DNA of 64,000 nt from an uncultured Gammaproteobacteria bacterium (GCA_963702735.1 CAVPDW010000003.1:1173479-1237478), one strand, 5' to 3'; counted from the first letter of the stretch, positions 26,922-37,755 are shown. Numbers and translations: made by a program. Notes: generated by a model not told the origin, from the sequence alone.

Positions 26922-26925
26922 GGAC

Positions 26926-27693
26926 GTGACCAGCGGCGGCAACCTGGATTACGCCCTGACACGCGTCGCCGCGCGGCACGGGCAGCGCCCGGACGCTGAT
27001 GCCTGGCGCCGTCTCGAGGCGAGCCGCGACATGGGCAATTACGTGGCTGCCGCGCGTTCGACCGCACTCGCCGTCTGGGTGAGTTCCGTCGCGGATGAGC
27101 ACGATTGTCATGTGATCGAAAGCGCATTGAGAATGCAATGGCAGCGCTATGTCGAGGAGGTGGCGGCGTGGCATCCGCGGATGTGGCAGGCCTGGCTGGC
27201 CTGGCTGGCCTGGCTGCCCACCTTGAGCCTGCTCGCCCGACTCGCGCGCCCCGAATCCGCGCCTCAGTGGTTGTTGGCGGATCCGCTGTATGGTCCGATC
27301 GCCCCCGGCAGTCCCGCGGACCGGGTTGCGGCGCTCGCCCGCTCTGCACTCGCACCACTCAAACCGGCCTTGGCCGGCCGCGCCGCGCCGGGCGCCGCCT
27401 GGAATGCGCACTGGCGAGCACTGCAGCCGCGCGCCGATATCCGTACACAGCAATGCTTGTTGCAACTAAGACAGCTGCTGGCACAGCATGCCCGGGCGCT
27501 GCTGCGGCTCGCCGACAGCGCCGAATCGCCGCGCGCCGAATTGGCGTACCGTTTGCAGAGATTGTTCCGCGGGGCTGCCGGCACCGCGATAGCGACGGTG
27601 TGCCATCTGGCTTTGGTCGCGCTCGATCTGGAGCGATTGCGCGGTGGGCTGGCGCGCCGCTGCCTGTTCGGCGATCCTGCAGAGCGTCCCTAG
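26926..27693 (+). CDS. Putative V/A-ATPase subunit C/d-like (or DUF2764-like) protein
   Basis: 255 aa helical protein. GTG start after GAGGAGG. Its stop abuts the subunit I ATG. C-terminal LDLERLRGGL resembles the end of subunit C/d. Assignment is mostly positional. Confidence 0.4.
   Translation: MTSGGNLDYALTRVAARHGQRPDADAWRRLEASRDMGNYVAAARSTALAVWVSSVADEHDCHVIESALRMQWQRYVEEVAAWHPRMWQAWLAWLAWLPTLSLLARLARPESAPQWLLADPLYGPIAPGSPADRVAALARSALAPLKPALAGRAAPGAAWNAHWRALQPRADIRTQQCLLQLRQLLAQHARALLRLADSAESPRAELAYRLQRLFRGAAGTAIATVCHLALVALDLERLRGGLARRCLFGDPAERP
27190..27216 (+). repeat. Perfect 9-bp tandem repeat (GCCTGGCTG) x3 inside a coding sequence
   Basis: Read directly at 27190-27198, 27199-27207 and 27208-27216. 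Encodes AWL-AWL-AWL in frame. Confidence 0.95.
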
Positions 27694-29556
27694 ATGGCGC
27701 TGCGTCCCGCGACGGCGAAATGGTTCGAACTCCTGATTGCGCGCGACGAACTGGAATGGGCGCTGCATAGTCTCGCGGCGACCGGGACGGTGGAGCTGCA
27801 GGCACGCAGCGACACCTCTGCCACGGCGCTGCTGCCGATGCTGCGCACCGCGGTCGACGAATACAAGCACCTGGCGCAACGCTATGGAGAATTTTGGCCG
27901 CCGGCCGCGGTTGCAGTTCCGCAAGGTGCGCGCGAGCCCGAAGAAATCCCCGCCGCCGCCCGCAGGCAACTGCGATCATGGGCGATCGATGCCGATCCGG
28001 TCATCGATCGCTTGCAGATGTTGGAACGCGAGCGCGCGGAGCTCGAGCTCCTGCAGCCGCTTCTGTCGGCAACGGACACAGATCTGCCCAACCTGCATTT
28101 GTTCACCCAAGCGGGCCCCGTGCTGGCCACCCGTGCGTACCTTCTGGGAGGGGATTCGTACGAATGGGAGGTGCCGCCGTCCGTGATTCTGCAGTTCATT
28201 CGCCGCGGTGATCGCAGGTATGTGCTCGCCGTCGGTCCAGCGGAGCAAATCGCGGTCCTCGATGACACGCTGAGCGCGCACACGGCGAAGCGCCAGGCCC
28301 GGCGCTTGGTGCTGCCGCCGGACCTGCCGGCGGGAGGCGCGGCCGCCGAGGCATGGTGCCGCGCACGCATGGAGCAGATCAGCGCCGATCTGCGCAGCCT
28401 CGAGGCGACGCTCAAGGATCTGCATCGCCGGCATGGGGTCGGTGCCGCGCTCGCCGACCTCGACTTTACCGAGTGGCTGGTGGAGAACGTGCCGCAGCTG
28501 GCGCTCACCGAGCACTTTGCGTGGATCACGGGATGGACCAGCGATCTGTCGGGCGCAAGAATCGAAGCGGTGCTGAATCGGCGGAAGCTGCATTTCTTGC
28601 TGCGCTTTCCGGACCCTCCGCAGGGGCTGGTGCGGCCCGTGGTGCTGCTCAATCCGTGGTGGGCGCAGCCATTCGAGCTGTTCTCGCGACTGCTCGGCAT
28701 GCCGGGTGCCAACGAAGCCGATACCAGCCGCCTGCTCGCCGTGCTCGCCCCTCTGATGTTCGGATACATGTTTGCCGATGTCGGTCAGGGCGCGGTGCTG
28801 ATCGTCGCCGGTGCGGTGCTGCGCAAGCGATTTCCGGCCACCGCCTTGCTGATTCCCGGTGGTCAGGCCGCCATCGCATTCGGATTTTTGTTCGGCAGCG
28901 TTTTTGCCAGCGAGGCCATCCTGCCGGCGCTGTGGTTGCGGCCGTTGGATCGCCCGCTCACGCTGCTCGGCGCAAGCCTCGCATTCGGGGCCGCCGTGAT
29001 CCTCGTCGGATTTGCTCTGGATGCCCTGCAGCACTGGTGGTCGGGACTCGCAGCCCAATGGTGGGCGACACGCGCGGGCCTGGTGCTGTGCTATGCGGGG
29101 ATGATATGCGCGCCCGTCGAAAGCCGTGCCTTGTGGGCTCTTCCCGCGGGCTTTGGCTGGTATCTCGTCGGCAGCGCCGTGTTCGCCCCGGCGAAGCGCC
29201 TGAACAGCGCCGCCGCCGCCGCGGGCGAAGCGGTGGAGACGCTGCTGCAACTGGCGGTCAACACCATCTCGTTCGTGAGGATCGGCGCCTTTGCGCTCGC
29301 TCATGCGGGCTTGAGTTCGGCGGTGGCCGGGCTCGCCGTCGCCGCGGGTTCGCGGCCGGCCGCTTGGCTGGTGCTGGCGGCGGGCAACGCGCTGATCATC
29401 GCCATCGAGGGGCTGGTGGTCGGCATTCAGACCACCCGACTGGTATTGTTCGAATTCTTCATCCGTTTTCTGCAAGGCTCGGGCCGCGCGTTTCATCCAT
29501 TGGCGGCGCCTCCCGCGGCATCCACTTCGAATTCACCATTGAGGAGATCGTCATGA
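27694..29556 (+). CDS. atpI: V/A-type ATPase subunit I (a)
   Basis: 620 aa. Soluble N-terminal half (MALRPATAKWFELLIARDELEWALHSLAATGTVEL) and a polytopic C-terminal half with the conserved Arg region (SFVRIGAFALAHAGL). Confidence 0.88.
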   Translation: MALRPATAKWFELLIARDELEWALHSLAATGTVELQARSDTSATALLPMLRTAVDEYKHLAQRYGEFWPPAAVAVPQGAREPEEIPAAARRQLRSWAIDADPVIDRLQMLERERAELELLQPLLSATDTDLPNLHLFTQAGPVLATRAYLLGGDSYEWEVPPSVILQFIRRGDRRYVLAVGPAEQIAVLDDTLSAHTAKRQARRLVLPPDLPAGGAAAEAWCRARMEQISADLRSLEATLKDLHRRHGVGAALADLDFTEWLVENVPQLALTEHFAWITGWTSDLSGARIEAVLNRRKLHFLLRFPDPPQGLVRPVVLLNPWWAQPFELFSRLLGMPGANEADTSRLLAVLAPLMFGYMFADVGQGAVLIVAGAVLRKRFPATALLIPGGQAAIAFGFLFGSVFASEAILPALWLRPLDRPLTLLGASLAFGAAVILVGFALDALQHWWSGLAAQWWATRAGLVLCYAGMICAPVESRALWALPAGFGWYLVGSAVFAPAKRLNSAAAAAGEAVETLLQLAVNTISFVRIGAFALAHAGLSSAVAGLAVAAGSRPAAWLVLAAGNALIIAIEGLVVGIQTTRLVLFEFFIRFLQGSGRAFHPLAAPPAASTSNSPLRRSS

Positions 29557-29915
29557 AACACACAACCCGTGTCGCCGCCCTGTGGGCCGCTGCCGTCGCG
29601 GTGTTCGCCGTGGCCGTCGGCGCCGCAGCGACCTTGCTGTTGCTGGTGGCGCCGGCCCGGGCGGCGGCGGCCGGAGCCGCGGAGCACCTCGATCCGCAGC
29701 TCATGGGCTGGGCCTTCTTGGGGGCGGCGCTGTCCACCGGTTTGGCCGCGCTTGCGGCGGGCTATGCCGTGGCACGCGTCGGCAGCGCAGCGGTCGGCGC
29801 GGTGGCCGAAAAACCGGAGCTGTTCGGACGCGCACTCGTGCTGGTCGGGCTCGCCGAAGGCATTGCCATCTACGGCCTGATCGTTTCCATACTGATCTTG
29901 AACCGAATCGCGTGA
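29553..29915 (+). CDS. atpK: V/A-type ATPase proteolipid subunit K (c), single hairpin with an N-terminal signal-like extension
   Basis: 120 aa. Helix 1 GAALSTGLAALAAGYAVARVGSAAVGAVAEKPE and helix 2 LVLVGLAEGIAIYGLIVSILIL with the carboxylate Glu. The ATG overlaps the atpI stop (ATGA). Confidence 0.88.
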   Translation: MKHTTRVAALWAAAVAVFAVAVGAAATLLLLVAPARAAAAGAAEHLDPQLMGWAFLGAALSTGLAALAAGYAVARVGSAAVGAVAEKPELFGRALVLVGLAEGIAIYGLIVSILILNRIA

Positions 29916-29936
29916 CATGAGCGTCTCGAGGCGAAT

Positions 29937-30230
29937 ATGAAGTTGGCGGTGATTGCGGACGAAGTCACCGCTCTGGGGTGGCGCCTGATCGGCGCCCAGG
30001 TGCAAGTACCCGGTGCCATCACGGCGCGGGATGGCTTGCGCGAGGCGCTGCGCGACGCCGATGTGGTGTTGATCACGGCCGAATATGCGCGCGATATTCC
30101 TGCGGCCCAGCTGAACGATGCGTTGCGCGCCGGCAAGCCGTTGGTGCTGGTGATCGCCGATTTACGGCACCGGTATGAACCGCCCGCGATTGAGGACGAG
30201 GTGCGCCGCGCTTTGGGAGTCCCGGCATGA
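29937..30230 (+). CDS. atpF: V/A-type ATPase subunit F
   Basis: 97 aa. MKLAVIADEVTALGWRLIGA and VVLITAEYA are typical of subunit F. Confidence 0.8.
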   Translation: MKLAVIADEVTALGWRLIGAQVQVPGAITARDGLREALRDADVVLITAEYARDIPAAQLNDALRAGKPLVLVIADLRHRYEPPAIEDEVRRALGVPA

Positions 30231-30883
30231 TTTCAGGGCGCACGGGCTTCGAGGGACCGGCGAGCGTGATCGATGCGCAAGTGCAGGCGATGTCGCAACG
30301 CGTCGCGCAGAACCGCGACCGGCGCTGCACGCAACTGCGCAACGATGCTTCGGCCGAGGCACAGGCCATTCTGCGCGCGGCCCGCAAGGAAGCTCGTGGC
30401 AATGTCGTCGATGCCGTGGCGCGGGAACGCAAACACGGCGAGCAGGCGCTGCGCCTGGCGGAGGCGAGCGCCAGGCTCGATGAGCGGCAGCACGCTCAGC
30501 AGCAGATACGGGCGCTGCTGCAGCAGATGTGGACGGCAATTGCCGGCGCGCTCGAATCGCGGTGGGCCGATGCGCAGCGCCGCAAGGCCTGGGTGCAGGC
30601 AGCCGTTCGGCAGGGGCAAACACTGTTGAGTTCCCGCGCTTGGCGCATCGAGCACGGTGCCGGCTGGTCTCAGGCGGAGCTCGAGGAACTCAAGAGCCTG
30701 GCTGTAGGCGACGAGGATGTTCAACTGGTGTGCGACAACGGCCTGGGCGCCGGCATCAGAATCCGCACGGAGGGCGCCTGTCTCGACGCCACGGTTGCCG
30801 GACTGCTCGCGTCGCGGGCGCGGATAGAGTCCGAGTATCTCGCGTGCTACCTGGCGCTTGCATCCATGAGCGGCACCGCATGA
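30227..30883 (+). CDS. atpE: V/A-type ATPase subunit E
   Basis: 218 aa. Long N-terminal coiled coil and a C-terminal globular block (GAGIRIRTEGACLDATVAGLL). ATGA overlaps on both sides. Confidence 0.7.
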   Translation: MISGRTGFEGPASVIDAQVQAMSQRVAQNRDRRCTQLRNDASAEAQAILRAARKEARGNVVDAVARERKHGEQALRLAEASARLDERQHAQQQIRALLQQMWTAIAGALESRWADAQRRKAWVQAAVRQGQTLLSSRAWRIEHGAGWSQAELEELKSLAVGDEDVQLVCDNGLGAGIRIRTEGACLDATVAGLLASRARIESEYLACYLALASMSGTA

Positions 30884-32620
30884 GCCGGGCGCAAATCCGC
30901 TGGATCAGCGGTCCGGTGCTGCGCGCCGGCACACCGGATGTATTCCATGTGTACGAGGCGGTCGCCGTCGGCCCGAAGGGTCTCTTGGGCGAGGTGATCA
31001 AATTAGGGCCGGACGAATTCGTTGCGCAGATTTACGAGGACACGACGGGTCTCAAGCCCGGGGATGCCGTGACGGGCGCAGGCGAACCGTTATCAGTGCC
31101 GTTGGGTCCGGCGATTCTGGGTCATATTTTCGATGGGCTGCTGCGTCGCCTCAACACCGAGGATGAGCCCTTCATCGAGCCCGGAGCCCGGCGTCCGCAG
31201 ACGAGGCTTTTCGCCTTTGAGCCCGAGGTGCATCTCGGGGATCGGGTCGTGCCCGGTCAAGCGATCGGCAAAGTAGCGACGCCGCGCCGGCAGCTCTGCT
31301 TGATACCCCCGAATCTAAGGCCAGGCCTGGTTCGCTGGGTGGTCTCGGCCGGCGAATACTCGGACGAGGCGGCGGTCTGCCGGGTCGAACACGAGGACGG
31401 CACCACTTCCGACATTGCGCTCGCACATTCCTGGCCGGTACGGCGGCCTCGGCCCGTCGGTCAGCGGCTACCCATCGCAGGCCCGATGATCACCGGCCAG
31501 CGCATCCTCGACATGCTCTTTCCGGTCGGCCGCGGCAGCCGGGCGGCGTTGCCGGGCGGATTCGGCACGGGCAAGACCGTATTGCAGGAGACGCTCGCCA
31601 AGTGGTGCGATGCCGATGTCATCGTCTATGTGGGCTGCGGAGAGCGCGGCAATGAAATGGCGGAAGTCCTCGATGAATTACCCAAGCTCGAGGACCCGCG
31701 CACCGGCCGGCCGCTCATGGAACGCACGGTCATCATCGCCAACACCTCCAATATGCCGGTTGCCGCGCGCGAAACGAGCATCTACACCGCCATCACGGTG
31801 GCGGAATATTTTCGCGATCAGGGATTGCACGTGGCGCTCATGGCCGATTCCACCAGCCGCTGGGCGGAAGCCTTGCGCGAGGTATCCGGCCGTCTCGGGG
31901 AACTCCCCGGCGAGGCGGGCTATCCGGCTTACCTAAGTTCACGGCTCGCGGAGTTCTACGAACGCGCGGGCCGTGCAACCACTCTGGCGGGCACCGAAGG
32001 TTCCATCACCATCATCGGCGCCATCAGCCCTCCGGCCGGGGATTTTTCCGAACCGGTCACCATGCACACCCGACGCTGTGTGCGCACCTTCTGGGCGCTC
32101 GACCGCGCGCGGGCACAGGCGCGTTTCTATCCCGCCATTCACCCGCTGCAGTCCTACAGCGGCGATGTGGACGCGCTGGCTCGCTGGTGGCAAATCCAGG
32201 GAAACCCGGATTGGGCCTCCCAGCGCAAGCGGCTGCTCGAACTCCTCGAGACACAGGTGCAGCTCGAGCGCATGGCGCGCATCGTGGGCATGGACGCGTT
32301 GCCGCCGGCCCAGCAGCTGACGCTGTCCTGCGCCGATCTGGTCAACGATGCCGTGCTGCGCCAGTCGTCTTTCTCCGAAGTGGATCGATATTGCTCGCCG
32401 CAGAGACAGACCGCCATCTTGAGCGTGATCAGCCGCTTCATCGAGCTGGCGCGCGCGGCCGTCGACGGCGGGGTGCACCCGGACCGCATCCGCGATCTTC
32501 CGGTGCGGCGCACTCTGCAGCGTGTCGGCGAGGAATACGGCGAGGATCAAATCCCTAAAATTCGGGGGCTGTGGCAGCAGCTCGATTCGGAATTCGCCGG
32601 ACTGCTGCGCGAGCGCGCCG

Positions 32621-32631
<11 letters not shown>
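30880..32631 (+). CDS. atpA: V/A-type ATPase catalytic subunit A
   Basis: 583 aa. ISGPVLRA N-terminus, non-homologous-region motif HSWPVRRPRP, Walker A GGFGTGKTV, GERGNEM, and Walker B-like HVALMADSTSRWAEALRE. The track's 700-aa form is an upstream extension. Confidence 0.95.
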
Positions 32632-33995
<1,364 letters not shown>

Positions 33996-34003
<8 letters not shown>

Positions 34004-34631
34004 GGCGTTACGGGAGATCACGGCTTCGCGCATCGCACTTCTCGAGCTCAAGGACGAGCGGACTCTGGTGCGGGAAGGTTATGCGCTGCTCGATGAGAAG
34101 CGCATCCTGCTCGCGACCGAAATTCAACGGCAACTGGCGCGGCTCGCCGAGCTGCGCCGGGAATGCACGGTGCTGGAGAGGGATGCGCGCGCGCGCACCA
34201 TTTCCGCAGTGAGCCGTCATGGACTGGACGAACTGGCGGTGTATCCACCGCATTCGCTGGCCGAATACCGCTTGGGTGTACGCCGCTCACGGCTGCTCGG
34301 TCTGGAGTTGCTCGCGGTGCAAATGGACATCCCCGTGCAGGCGCCGACAGGCCCTGAACAGCCCGTCAATCCCACACCGGAGGCCCGGGCCTGCGCCCAT
34401 GCGCACCGCAACTGGCTGCTACGGGCGGTGGAACTCGCGGCCTGCGGCGTGAATTTGCGCCGACTTGTCCAAGACTACGTGCGCACCGAACGCAGGGCAA
34501 AAGCCATTGAGAATGTACTGATGCCCGAGATCGAATCGACCCTGAAGTTCGTCGAGGAACAGCTTGAAAGCATCGATCAGGAGGAGATTGCGCGTCTGCG
34601 GCAGCGGCTCTCAATGTCCTTGCCGACGTGA
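33996..34631 (+). CDS. atpD: V/A-type ATPase central-stalk subunit D
   Basis: 211 aa. ITASRIALLELKDERTLVREGYALLDEKR, and C-terminal RRAKAIENVLMPEIESTLKFVEEQLE. Confidence 0.9.
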
Positions 34632-35705
34632 CGGCGAGGCAGCGCGCTCCTCGTGCGCATGGCCGTGGGCCGGGCTTGCCTCACCATATCGCTGGTTGAA
34701 GCGACCGAACCTCCATACGGCTACGGATGACCCCCACGCGAATAGAAACATACCGACGACGAGGTATCCGAGGCTGCCGAAGTCGAGCTGCGCCACGCCG
34801 TCATACCAGCGGCCGCGAAGACCGAGCACCCGCACAAACACCTGCAAAAGCTCGACGGACCCAATGACCAGCGCCACGCCGACGGAAAGACCGGTGGTGG
34901 TCACGTTGTAGAAGATTTTTCGCACCGGATTGACGAGCGCCCAGTGGTAAGCCTTCGACATCAGCACGCCATCCGTCGTGTCCATGAGCGTCATGCCCGC
35001 AGCGAACAGTATGGGCAGCGACAGCACGGCGGCCACCGGCAGATCGCCCGCGGAAGCGCCGGCGGTCATGGCGAGCAGGCCGACCTCCGAGGCGGTGTCA
35101 AACCCCAGCCCGAACAGAAGTCCCAGCGGATACATTTGCCAGCTGTGATTGATGAGGTTCTGCAGACGCCCTCGAAAGAGACGGTTCAACACACCGCGTT
35201 GCGACAACAGCGCATCGAGGCGCGCATGGCTATGCGCGCCGGTCTTGGCTTGCTGCCAAACCTTGAGGATATCAAGCAGTACAAGGAGGTTGAGTATCCC
35301 GATGAACCACAGAAAAATTCCGGAGACGCCGGCGCCGATCACACCGCCGATATTCTGCAACTGCGGGAGGTCGCGCTTGACCGCGGTGGCCGCAAAAGCG
35401 ATGACAAGCGCCAGGCCCGCGACAATCGTGGAATGACCCAGCGAGAAAAACAGCCCCACGCCGAGCGGCTGTCGACGCTTCTGCAGCATATACCGCACGG
35501 TGTCATCGATCGCCGCGATATGATCCGCGTCGAACGCGTGACGCAATCCGAACAGATAGGCGACGAGGCCGAGACCAATCAGGGCCGGATACCGCTCGGC
35601 GAAATGCAGATACAAGCCCCAGCCGAGGCCATGGAGCAAGGCTACGACGGCATAGAGTCCGCCGACCCGGTGCCATTCCCTCTGCGAGAAGTAAAGATGT
35701 CGCAC
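34611..35705 (-). CDS. hoxN: HoxN/HupN/NixA-family nickel/cobalt permease (NiCoT)
   Basis: 364 aa, about 8 TM helices. Signature RHAFDADHIAAIDD, plus LGHSTIV and GFDTASEV. His-rich C-terminal tail (PAHGHAHEE). GTG start. The 3' end overlaps atpD convergently by 21 nt. Confidence 0.92.
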   Translation of the reverse strand: MRHLYFSQREWHRVGGLYAVVALLHGLGWGLYLHFAERYPALIGLGLVAYLFGLRHAFDADHIAAIDDTVRYMLQKRRQPLGVGLFFSLGHSTIVAGLALVIAFAATAVKRDLPQLQNIGGVIGAGVSGIFLWFIGILNLLVLLDILKVWQQAKTGAHSHARLDALLSQRGVLNRLFRGRLQNLINHSWQMYPLGLLFGLGFDTASEVGLLAMTAGASAGDLPVAAVLSLPILFAAGMTLMDTTDGVLMSKAYHWALVNPVRKIFYNVTTTGLSVGVALVIGSVELLQVFVRVLGLRGRWYDGVAQLDFGSLGYLVVGMFLFAWGSSVAVWRFGRFNQRYGEASPAHGHAHEERAASPSRRQGH

Positions 35706-35743
35706 CCGTTGGGTTCCCGCGCTGGGTCAATCATGAATTGATC

Positions 35744-35773
35744 GTAAGATAGAGATGTATTATAGCCTCTTAC
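35744..35773. promoter_or_regulatory. Perfect inverted repeat GTAAGA-N18-TCTTAC in the hoxN promoter (NikR-operator-like)
   Basis: Read directly: GTAAGA (35744-35749), 18-nt AT-rich spacer, TCTTAC (35768-35773). It is 39-68 nt upstream of the hoxN start. Compare the E. coli NikR operator GTATGA-N16-TCATAC. Confidence 0.4.
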
Positions 35774-35840
35774 AGCTCGTTCGGGCTTACTGAAAGCTCC
35801 CCTCGAGTGCATCCGATTAAGAGCGCGAAGGACGAACAGC

Positions 35841-36383
35841 ATGTTTGGTGCCATCCAGCACGATTTATTTGATCCTCGCACTTCGGTCGGCGCCGTCAGT
35901 TTTGGCGTCTTTTTTCTTCTCGCCGCCATTGTGCTCGCGGGCTTTGTGAGAAGGGGGGCTCGGCGACTCAAGCCGCACTTGTCGGACGTGACCGGACTTG
36001 CGTTCGCAAGCGCCTTCGGTCAGGTCTTTGTCTACCTCGTTGCCTTGATTGTTTATGCCCACCTTATTCCTGATCTTAGAGCTGTCGGAACCGCGTTACT
36101 GGCAGGGGCCGGGGTCGTATCGGTCGTATTCGGACTGGCCGCACAAAGCACGCTCAGCAATGTGGTCGCCGGCTTCTCGCTGGTGTTGTATCGGCCGATC
36201 AGGGTCGGCGATCGAGTGCAGTTGAGTACTCCGAAGGGCGTGGCCACCGCCACCGTGCAGTTGATTTCCCTCGGATACACAATTCTGCGGGATGGCGACG
36301 GGGACCAAATATTCGTGCCGAACAGCATAATGATGAGCACGATCGTCATCCGGAAACCAGAGCGCGAACCCGCCGGTTCCTGA
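35841..36383 (+). CDS. Short MscS-family mechanosensitive channel-like protein
   Basis: 180 aa. Pore-helix signature GAGVVSVVFGLAAQSTLSNVVAGFSLVLYRPIRVGDRV followed by the beta-domain. Lacks the C-terminal alpha/beta domain of full-length MscS. Confidence 0.75.
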   Translation: MFGAIQHDLFDPRTSVGAVSFGVFFLLAAIVLAGFVRRGARRLKPHLSDVTGLAFASAFGQVFVYLVALIVYAHLIPDLRAVGTALLAGAGVVSVVFGLAAQSTLSNVVAGFSLVLYRPIRVGDRVQLSTPKGVATATVQLISLGYTILRDGDGDQIFVPNSIMMSTIVIRKPEREPAGS

Positions 36384-36441
36384 TGAGAATATCGCGTGCA
36401 ACAGCGAGAGCCCTCGCGTCCCATAAGATCCCTGGAGACAT

Positions 36442-37755
36442 ATGTCTGGATTTGAGGCGCTTGTTGTGCCGATCCGATTTGCCTGGCTGATGTGCATCTG
36501 CGCGATGGCCCTCGCGGCGCCTCCGGCGCGGTCGCCGATCGATATGGCGCAGGCGAAAGCTGCGTTCGCGGAGGCGGAGGCGGTTTCCAACAAGGAGGGT
36601 GGGCGCCTCTGGGGTAAGAAGCTCTACGGCAGCCTGTTCTTTGTCGATCCCGAAACGCGAGCCGTCGTTGCGAATGAGCCGGACCCGGACGGCGTCCTGC
36701 ACGCGACGAATGGCGTCTACGCCGGCACACTGCCGCAGGAGATCATCGTCTCGAACGCGCCGGTCGAATGGCAGGGTAGGCGCTGGACGATGCTCATGTG
36801 GCCCACCATTCCCACGGACACGATCGATCGGCGGATCACTTTCGCCCATGAGTTATTCCACCGCATTCAGCCGCGGCTTGGTCTGATGGCACCGGATTCC
36901 CCCAACCTTCAGCTCGATACGCCCGAAGGCCGCCTATGGCTACAGCTCGAATGGCGCGCGCTCGCCGCTGCGCTGGTCGAGCAGGGGTCAGCGCAAATCC
37001 AGGCGATCCGCGACGCGCTCGCTTTCCGCAGCCATCGCCATGAGCTTTTTGCCGGATCCGCCCGGACGGAGGCGAGCCTCGAAATCGCCGAAGGAGTGCC
37101 CGAATATACCGGGACGATTGCGGGCGAACCTGACCGCGATTCGGCGCGATGGCGCGCGATCGGCAAGCTCACCGATCCCGATCAAAGCATCACTTTCGTG
37201 CGCTCGTTCGCTTATACGTCCGGGCCGCCTTACGGGCTTCTGCTCGACCAGCGCCTACCGGGATGGCGCAGGCACCTCTGTGCGCAATCCGATCTCAGCG
37301 CGCTCCTTGCCTCGACGCTGCCGACTCACGCTGCTGTGCCGGCCGAAGCGCGCGCCCCCCTGTACGGTGCGGCCGCCATTCGCATCGCCGAAGCTGAGCG
37401 CGCCCGAAAAGCGCAGGCCGCAAAGGCGCGCTACCGCGCACGCCTCGTTGAGGGACCGACGCTGCTCCTGCCCGGTGGGCGAAAATTTGCCTTCAGCTTC
37501 AACCCGAGCACACTCGTTTCGTTGGGTGACGCCGATACCGTCTATCCAACGTTCCACGCAACCGCCGAATGGGGCACGCTCGACGTGACGGACGGTGTGC
37601 TGGTACCCACCGATTTCAGCCGTGCGACGGTGGCGGCACCAAGCGACACTCAAGGCCCGCATCTCGAAGGTCCAGGCTGGACGCTCGAGCTCGCGGCCGG
37701 GTGGGGCGTGGTGCCGGTGGCGAGAGCCGGAAGTTACACCGTCATGAAGAAGTGA
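36442..37755 (+). CDS. Secreted hypothetical protein with an HExxH motif (putative zinc metallopeptidase)
   Basis: 437 aa. Signal peptide (LMCICAMALAAPPARS), FAHELFHRIQ, and a candidate third ligand in EIAEGVPEY. I recognise no family. Confidence 0.45.
   Translation: MSGFEALVVPIRFAWLMCICAMALAAPPARSPIDMAQAKAAFAEAEAVSNKEGGRLWGKKLYGSLFFVDPETRAVVANEPDPDGVLHATNGVYAGTLPQEIIVSNAPVEWQGRRWTMLMWPTIPTDTIDRRITFAHELFHRIQPRLGLMAPDSPNLQLDTPEGRLWLQLEWRALAAALVEQGSAQIQAIRDALAFRSHRHELFAGSARTEASLEIAEGVPEYTGTIAGEPDRDSARWRAIGKLTDPDQSITFVRSFAYTSGPPYGLLLDQRLPGWRRHLCAQSDLSALLASTLPTHAAVPAEARAPLYGAAAIRIAEAERARKAQAAKARYRARLVEGPTLLLPGGRKFAFSFNPSTLVSLGDADTVYPTFHATAEWGTLDVTDGVLVPTDFSRATVAAPSDTQGPHLEGPGWTLELAAGWGVVPVARAGSYTVMKK

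Noticed and set aside
27976-29496. 506-aa ORF antisense to V-ATPase subunit I. Similar long antisense or out-of-frame ORFs occur elsewhere: 45130-46599 (-), 51628-53271 (-), 44001-46085 (+), 21618-23147 (+), 57254-58594 (+), 14302-15501 (-), 5311-6210 (-), 10137-11120 (-).
   Set aside because: These are typical high-G+C artefacts. They are Arg/Gly/Pro/Ala-rich with no recognisable motifs, and in every case the opposite strand or another frame encodes a protein with unmistakable family signatures.
35727-35741. TCAAT-N5-ATTGA dyad next to the hoxN start, considered as an FNR-type site.
   Set aside because: The half-site orientation and spacing are wrong for FNR (TTGAT-N4-ATCAA). It is mentioned only as context in the NikR-like finding.
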